A program made the translations under genes and the position numbers. Below the pieces are notes generated by a model. The model ran no database searches and had not been told where the DNA came from. It saw only the letters and a list, made by a program, of their open reading frames with translations. Positions 54,971-60,384 of a stretch of DNA of 60,384 nucleotides are shown here, piece after piece (the first letter of the stretch is position 1; each line of letters starts with the position of its first letter). Origin of the DNA: Gemmatimonadales bacterium (lineage in GTDB: Bacteria > Gemmatimonadota > Gemmatimonadetes > Gemmatimonadales > GWC2-71-9); contig JBDIWC010000024.1 in NCBI GenBank assembly GCA_039794085.1, forward strand, positions 1 through 60,384. Reading direction: 5' to 3'.

Positions 54971-55057
54971 GGTGTCCTCCTCCGGGTGGTTCGATGGGGT
55001 TCGTGCAGCGGACACCCGGAGGATGGCGAGGGACAGTCAAGCGGGGATCAAGCGGCT

Positions 55058-55615
55058 CTAGAACTCCACTCGCAGTCCCGCGGTCACCGGCGGAAGCCGG
55101 TGAGGGCGGCGGGTGAAGGTCTTCGGGTCGGCGTCCCGCCAGATGGGGCTCGGCGAGGAGATGGCGGCGGAGATCCCCCCGATCGAGGCTCCAATCAGGA
55201 AACCGCCGAATCCGCCAATGAGCGCGCCGCTCTCCGGGCCGCAGGCGACCTGTACGCTGAACACACCGGTATCTTCGCAGGATGAGGCCGCCACGGCCCC
55301 CAGGAGAGCGCCGAGCACGGCACCGACCGCGCCGCCGGCCAGCGCGGCACGGCCCATGTTCCGGCGTCGTCCCACGGCCATGGACACCTTCTTCACGCTG
55401 TCGACGGGGACGCAGCGTTCCACCTTTCGATCGGTCCGAATGCTGATGCACTGTTCCTGGGGATCCAGCAGAGCACCGGTCAGGATCCGCTGGTGTCGGC
55501 GCTGATACCTGTCGACGGTCTCGATCCTCAGGGTCACCTCCTCGGTCTGGGCGGCGAGCGGGAGGCCGGGAAGGAGGAGAAGAAGACAGTGTGCAGCCGT
55601 GATCATCCGGGACAT
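55058..55615 (-). CDS. Hypothetical exported/membrane protein with glycine-zipper segments
   Basis: Signal peptide; GGAVGAVLGALLG and GGFGGFLIGASIG. Confidence 0.6.
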   Translation of the reverse strand: MSRMITAAHCLLLLLPGLPLAAQTEEVTLRIETVDRYQRRHQRILTGALLDPQEQCISIRTDRKVERCVPVDSVKKVSMAVGRRRNMGRAALAGGAVGAVLGALLGAVAASSCEDTGVFSVQVACGPESGALIGGFGGFLIGASIGGISAAISSPSPIWRDADPKTFTRRPHRLPPVTAGLRVEF

Positions 55616-55880
55616 GGCTCACGCTCCGTGAAAGAGACCGGAGCACAGTGGGCCCGGTGGGTCAAGCGAAGGTCAAGAGGCACCCGGTCTCGGGTCCGAA
55701 AGGAGCTGCTGTACGCCCGCATCGACGAATCAACAGGGGCCGTTCTCCGCCCCCCCTCCGACTCCAGGGCATCGGGAGTAGGGAGCGCGGCGCAGGGCCC
55801 TATTTCCTATTCCCTACTCCCTATTCCCTATTCCCTGCTATATCCTATGTTCCATCTTTCCCACCCCGGAGACCCATCCC

Positions 55881-56735
55881 ATGAAGCCCATGCTCCTCGC
55901 GTCGGCGGCCCTCGTTGCCCTCGCCGCCTGTGCCCCCGCCACACCGGACCAGGAACTGCCATCGGTCGAACTCTACGCCATGGAGTGCGGACGCATCCAG
56001 CTCACCGACGCCGCGCCCTTCGCCGATGACGGTTCCTTCGACGGCGTGGCGCGGGAACTCGTCGATCCCTGCTACCTCATCCGTCATCCCTCCGGCGACC
56101 TGCTCTGGGACACCGGCTTCCCCGACACCGTGGCGAGCATGCCGGACGGGATGGAGATCCGGGGACTAGGCGCCCGGGTGATCCGCGCGGCCACTCTCGT
56201 CTCCCAGCTCGCGCAGCTCGGCCTCACCCCGGCGGACATCGAGTTCATATCCGTCTCCCACAGCCACGGCGACCACGTTGGGAACGCAGGGCTCTTCTCG
56301 TCGTCCACCTTCCTGGTGGATGTGGATGAGCACGCCGTGCTGTTCAGTGAGGAGGCCCGTGCCGGTGAGGCCTTCCCGAACTACGCCGCGCTGGAGAATG
56401 CCACCACCCGGCTCATCGAGGGTGAGGGGGACCATGATGTGTTTGGAGACGGTACCGTCACCATTGTCCAGGCTCCGGGTCACACGCCGGGCCACACGGT
56501 CCTGCGGGTCGATCTGTCCGATGCCGGCCCCGTCCTCCTCACCGGGGACATGTGGCACCTGGCCGAAAGCCGGGAGCGGCGCACCGTCCCGCGATTCAAC
56601 GTGGATCGGGATCAGACCCTGGCCTCGATGGACAAGGTGGAGGCGCTGGCGCGGGAGACGGGTGCCCGGGTGATCCGCCAGCATGTGCTCGAGGACTTCG
56701 CCGGGCTGCCGCGGTTTCCGGAGGCTCTGCGGTAG
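55881..56735 (+). CDS. N-acyl homoserine lactonase-like metallo-beta-lactamase (AttM/AiiA family), lipoprotein
   Basis: LAAC lipobox; CYLIRH..LLWDTG, SHSHGDH, HDVFGDG, PGHTPGH, LTGD. Confidence 0.85.
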   Translation: MKPMLLASAALVALAACAPATPDQELPSVELYAMECGRIQLTDAAPFADDGSFDGVARELVDPCYLIRHPSGDLLWDTGFPDTVASMPDGMEIRGLGARVIRAATLVSQLAQLGLTPADIEFISVSHSHGDHVGNAGLFSSSTFLVDVDEHAVLFSEEARAGEAFPNYAALENATTRLIEGEGDHDVFGDGTVTIVQAPGHTPGHTVLRVDLSDAGPVLLTGDMWHLAESRERRTVPRFNVDRDQTLASMDKVEALARETGARVIRQHVLEDFAGLPRFPEALR

Positions 56736-56833
56736 GAAGTGGGACAGAGGGACAGAGGGACGGGGGAGTCGGGAGTGGGGTGTAGGGAGTCGGGCAGGCA
56801 CAAGGCCTGCCCCTACACCCTACTCCCGACACC

Positions 56834-58912
56834 CTACTCCCTGCTTGCCGCCGCTTTCGGCGCCGCCCCATACTTCCCGTACCAGCTCTGCATGTAGAGC
56901 AGGGTCCGCATGAAGTTGGAGGGCTTGGAGCCCGTCCCGTGGTACTCCCCCTGGAATCGGAGAATCTCGGTCGGTATCCCCCGCAGCTTGAGCGCGGCAA
57001 AGTACTCCTCGGTTTGCGGCATCGGGGTGCGGAGATCGAGCTCGCCGGTCATGAGCAGCGTCGGGGTGGTGACATTTCCCACATACATGAGCGACGACTG
57101 CTTGAGCCACGGTGCGGGGTCCTCCCAGAACGGCTTGTCGAAGAAATTGGCCGTGAAGAGCGGCACGTCGGTGTGCCCCAGGAAGCTCAGCCAGTTCGTC
57201 ACCGGACAGCGGACCGCCGCGGCGGCGAAGCGGGTGGTATGCCCGATCACCCAGCTCGACAGCACGCCCCCGCCACTGCATCCGCCCACGTACATCCGAT
57301 CGGTGTCGATATATCCCTTCTCCACGACAGCATCGACGCCGGCCATCAGGTCGTCGTAGTCCACGCCCGGGTAGGCCCGTTCGATCGCGTTGCCGAACTC
57401 GGTGCCATACCCGGTGCTCCCGCGCGGGTTGGTGTAGAGCACCACGTTCCCGTTGGCGGCGAAATTCTGGAACATGTAGTTGAAGCCCACGTTGTACATG
57501 CCGTGCGGGCCGCCGTGGATCTCCAGGATCAATGGGTACCGCCGGGTCGGATCGAAGTCGGGGGGGGTGACGATCCATCCCTGGACCCGGGCCCCTCCCG
57601 ACGAGGTGTACCAGATTTCTTCCACCGCGCCGAGCCGGATCCGGTCGAGCACATCGTCGTTGACCTGGGTGAGCTCGGTGATCGCGTCGGGCGACCGGAC
57701 GTCGAAGGCCACCACGTCCCCCGGTTCATGCGGGGCCGACCGCACGCCCACCGCGATGCCGTTCCGGGAGATGGAACTCACGCCGAGCATGTGCTGCCCC
57801 CGGGTCACGGGACGGGGGGTGCCGCGCACCGGCTGGAAGTAGAGATTCGCCGTTCCTTCGGTGGCCGTTCCGAACCAGACCCCGCTGTTGTCCGGGGCCC
57901 AGAGGAAGCCGCCCGCGTCCCGGTCGAGGTTTCCGGAGACGAGCCGCGGGTTGCTCCCGTCGATGTCCATCAAATAGAGCTCGGACGTCTTGTAGCTCTT
58001 CCGGGTCGAGTCGTATCCCGCGTAGGCGATGGTCCGGCCGTCGGGCGACACCGAGGGGGAGGTCCAGGTCCCGACCCGGGTGGTGAGCTTCCGCATCGTT
58101 CCGGTGGCGATTTCCACGAGGTGGATGTCGGAGTTGCGGTAGATCATGTCGGCGTTGTTCTCCAGCCATCCGTCGAACACCAGCGCCTTGCTGTCCGGGG
58201 TCCAGTCGTACCCCACGCCGAAGCCGAGCCCGTCGAACTTGGCCCCGACGTCGAAGTCGCCGTGGGTCACTTGCCGTGGTGTGCCGCCCCCTGCCGACAC
58301 GATGAAGAGATGGGTGTGCACCTGCGGCATGAAGCCGGCCCGGTCCATCCGGTAGTGCAGGTTGGTCACCCGGCGGGGGGCCGGGGTCCACGTGGCACCC
58401 TGGGGTGCCTTCGGCATGCTGATCGGCCATGGGTTCTCATACGGCACCGCCATGCTGAAGGAGATCCACTGTCCGTCGGGCGACCAGGCGATGCTCCCCG
58501 GCGATTCCGTCACCCGCGTCACCTGGCTCGTGGCCCCCTCGGCGTCCATCCAACGGACAAAGATCTGGGATTTGCCGTCCACCGCGTGCGTGTAGGCGAT
58601 CCGGGTGCCGTCGGGCGACCAACGGGCGTTGGACCCGTCGGTCAGAAACCGCTGGCGGGATCCATCGGCGTTCATGATCCAGAGGGAGGACTCCCAGCGA
58701 TCTTCGAGCTGGTTGATCCAGCGCCGGGTGTACACGATCCGGCTCCCGTCCGGGGCGATCTGCGGGTCACTCACCTGCTCCCAATTGAGGTAGTGCTGGA
58801 CGGTGAGGAGGGTGTCGGACGCCGTCTCCTGGGCCGAGAGCGGCTGGGGAACCATGATGGCGAGGGTCACGAGGGCGGCGAGGGCAGTGCCGAGGAGGGA
58901 GCGGGGTCGCAT
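56834..58912 (-). CDS. S9-family peptidase (acylaminoacyl/dipeptidyl peptidase)
   Basis: Beta-propeller WSPDG repeats, IHGGPH, NPRGSTGYG, GCSGG nucleophile, D in DLRTP, EYHG. Confidence 0.93.
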   Translation of the reverse strand: MRPRSLLGTALAALVTLAIMVPQPLSAQETASDTLLTVQHYLNWEQVSDPQIAPDGSRIVYTRRWINQLEDRWESSLWIMNADGSRQRFLTDGSNARWSPDGTRIAYTHAVDGKSQIFVRWMDAEGATSQVTRVTESPGSIAWSPDGQWISFSMAVPYENPWPISMPKAPQGATWTPAPRRVTNLHYRMDRAGFMPQVHTHLFIVSAGGGTPRQVTHGDFDVGAKFDGLGFGVGYDWTPDSKALVFDGWLENNADMIYRNSDIHLVEIATGTMRKLTTRVGTWTSPSVSPDGRTIAYAGYDSTRKSYKTSELYLMDIDGSNPRLVSGNLDRDAGGFLWAPDNSGVWFGTATEGTANLYFQPVRGTPRPVTRGQHMLGVSSISRNGIAVGVRSAPHEPGDVVAFDVRSPDAITELTQVNDDVLDRIRLGAVEEIWYTSSGGARVQGWIVTPPDFDPTRRYPLILEIHGGPHGMYNVGFNYMFQNFAANGNVVLYTNPRGSTGYGTEFGNAIERAYPGVDYDDLMAGVDAVVEKGYIDTDRMYVGGCSGGGVLSSWVIGHTTRFAAAAVRCPVTNWLSFLGHTDVPLFTANFFDKPFWEDPAPWLKQSSLMYVGNVTTPTLLMTGELDLRTPMPQTEEYFAALKLRGIPTEILRFQGEYHGTGSKPSNFMRTLLYMQSWYGKYGAAPKAAASRE

Positions 58913-59029
58913 CAACGGTCTCCGGGTGCGGGATGTTCCGTGGGGGATCCTTCCAATCTCCACTTTGCGGCCCGTTCGGCAAGCCCTTCCCCCCGGCGTG
59001 CCGAGGCCGTTGGTGCTCAGGACCCTCAC

Positions 59030-59239
59030 TGCCAGGTTGAAGGCGGTCGGACTGTCTTCGTGCCCCAGGTGAAGGTGAGGCCCTCTCATGCGCAGGGCAT
59101 CATTCTGGTGCTGACGGTGAGCACCATGGCGGACCGGACGTGCACCGTCCATGGCGATTCGGTCTTTCCCGATGAGATCCTTGTGAATCCGGCTGCTGTC
59201 GTGGATCGGGCCATCGAGTGGCTGGCGACCGGGCAGTGA
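59030..59239 (+). pseudogene. Possible C-terminal remnant of an S41 peptidase
   Basis: LVLTVSTMADRT...VFPDE...VVDRAIEWL* resembles S41 C-termini; no start or catalytic core. Confidence 0.35.
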
Positions 59240-59350
59240 ACCCCGAGGCACCAGTCTTGCCCGCCTGCGTTGCTGCCGTGTCCCACGAGTTCCATGCCTG
59301 GACGGTGGCGCTCACGCTACATTAGGGGTGGATCCTGCCAGGAGTGTGAC

Positions 59351-60172
59351 ATGGAGACGCAGTTACCGCCGGCCGGTTCCCTCCGGGCGAGGGTGTACGA
59401 GATCATTTTCGGTCACGACACGCGAGCAGGAAAGACCTTCGACGTGATCTTGATCATGTTGATCGTCACCAGCGTGGTCGTCGTGATGCTGGACAGCGTG
59501 GGGAGCATACGCCAGAACCACGGATTCAGGTTGCGTGCGGCCGAATGGGTGCTCACGGTTGGCTTCACACTCGAGTATCTCCTCCGGCTCTGGTGTGCGC
59601 CGAGCGGGGTGCGCTATGCCCGCAGTTTTTTTGGGATGGTCGATTTGGTGGCCATCCTTCCCACGTATCTGAGCCTGGTGATCCCGGGAGGGGAGGCCCT
59701 CCTCACCGTCCGGGCCCTGCGACTGCTGAGAGTGTTCCGGGTTCTCAAGCTTGCCCACCATCTGTCCGAAGCCGCCGTGCTGATGCGGGCGATTCGCGCC
59801 AGCCGATACAAGATTACCGTGTTCTTCGCCGGGGTCATTATCCTGGCGGTGACCCTCGGCTCAATGATGTATCTGATCGAGGGAGCGGCCAACGGGTTCA
59901 CAAGCATTCCCCGGAGCGTGTATTGGGCCATCGTGACGCTCACGACAGTGGGGTATGGGGACATCGCTCCCCGCACCGCCATGGGACAGGGGTTGGCCAC
60001 CCTCATCATGGTTCTCGGATACGCGATCATCGCGGTTCCCACCGGGATCATGACCCTGGAGATCAGTGCGGCATCCCGGCAGGCGGATTCGCGATCGTGT
60101 CCCGGGTGCGCGCTCACCGATCACGATCGAGACGCTCGACATTGCAAGCGTTGTGGAATGGCCTTGGGGTGA
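59351..60172 (+). CDS. Voltage-gated potassium channel / ion transporter
   Basis: S4 RALRLLRVFRVLK, pore TLTTVGYGD, C-terminal CxxC...CxxCG. Confidence 0.93.
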   Translation: METQLPPAGSLRARVYEIIFGHDTRAGKTFDVILIMLIVTSVVVVMLDSVGSIRQNHGFRLRAAEWVLTVGFTLEYLLRLWCAPSGVRYARSFFGMVDLVAILPTYLSLVIPGGEALLTVRALRLLRVFRVLKLAHHLSEAAVLMRAIRASRYKITVFFAGVIILAVTLGSMMYLIEGAANGFTSIPRSVYWAIVTLTTVGYGDIAPRTAMGQGLATLIMVLGYAIIAVPTGIMTLEISAASRQADSRSCPGCALTDHDRDARHCKRCGMALG

Positions 60173-60384
60173 CGCGGCGAAGAGCCGGGAACCGGGTGGC
60201 AGGCGAGATATGCGAAGGGATGCAGACATCGTGACCGTCCATGACAACAGGGGGAAAAATGATGGGATTCACCGGTCGGTGCAGAATGATCCCCGCCATG
60301 GCGATGATTCTCGGCTGTTCCCTGCCGGCCATCCGGAGTGATCACACGATGTCGTCCGAGAGAACCCTGAACCAGGGGACCGTC

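Noticed and set aside
60241..60384. Start of a possible exported protein at the window end
   Set aside because: Too short and truncated to support a call.
1..60384. tRNA/rRNA genes, integrase or prophage genes bounding the island
   Set aside because: None recognised by eye; tRNAscan-SE and recombinase HMM searches were not run.

Overview
GC-rich bacterial chromosomal window. The gene content (Hanks-type kinase, SARP/BTAD-AAA regulator, M14/M1/S9 peptidases, many lipoproteins) suggests a Gemmatimonadota-like host; this is an inference. The first ~23 kb is a defence island, mostly on the minus strand. In transcription order it holds: a Phd/ParE TA pair; an AlbA_2(Schlafen)-HATPase protein; two apparent integron cassettes with attC-like sites and no integrase in the window (a PIN/antitoxin pair with a frameshifted toxin, and an FRG-domain gene); a three-gene Lamassu/ABC-3C system; a retron-type reverse transcriptase fused to a trypsin-like serine protease, preceded by a ~140-nt candidate msr-msd ncRNA with a 14-bp closing stem; and a type I R-M system (hsdR-hsdS-hsdM) with intact and decayed TA modules packed between hsdS and hsdM. 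The rest of the window carries a TetR-regulated RND efflux operon, a FitA/VapC pair, peptidases, an IS200-like tnpA between two long REP-like repeat blocks, an AHL-lactonase-like MBL hydrolase, a K+ channel and several gene remnants. No tRNA, rRNA or CRISPR array was seen. The strongest candidate for an uncharacterised system is the ncRNA + RT-protease retron lying directly downstream of Lamassu. All family assignments come from motif recognition by eye; no database searches were run.
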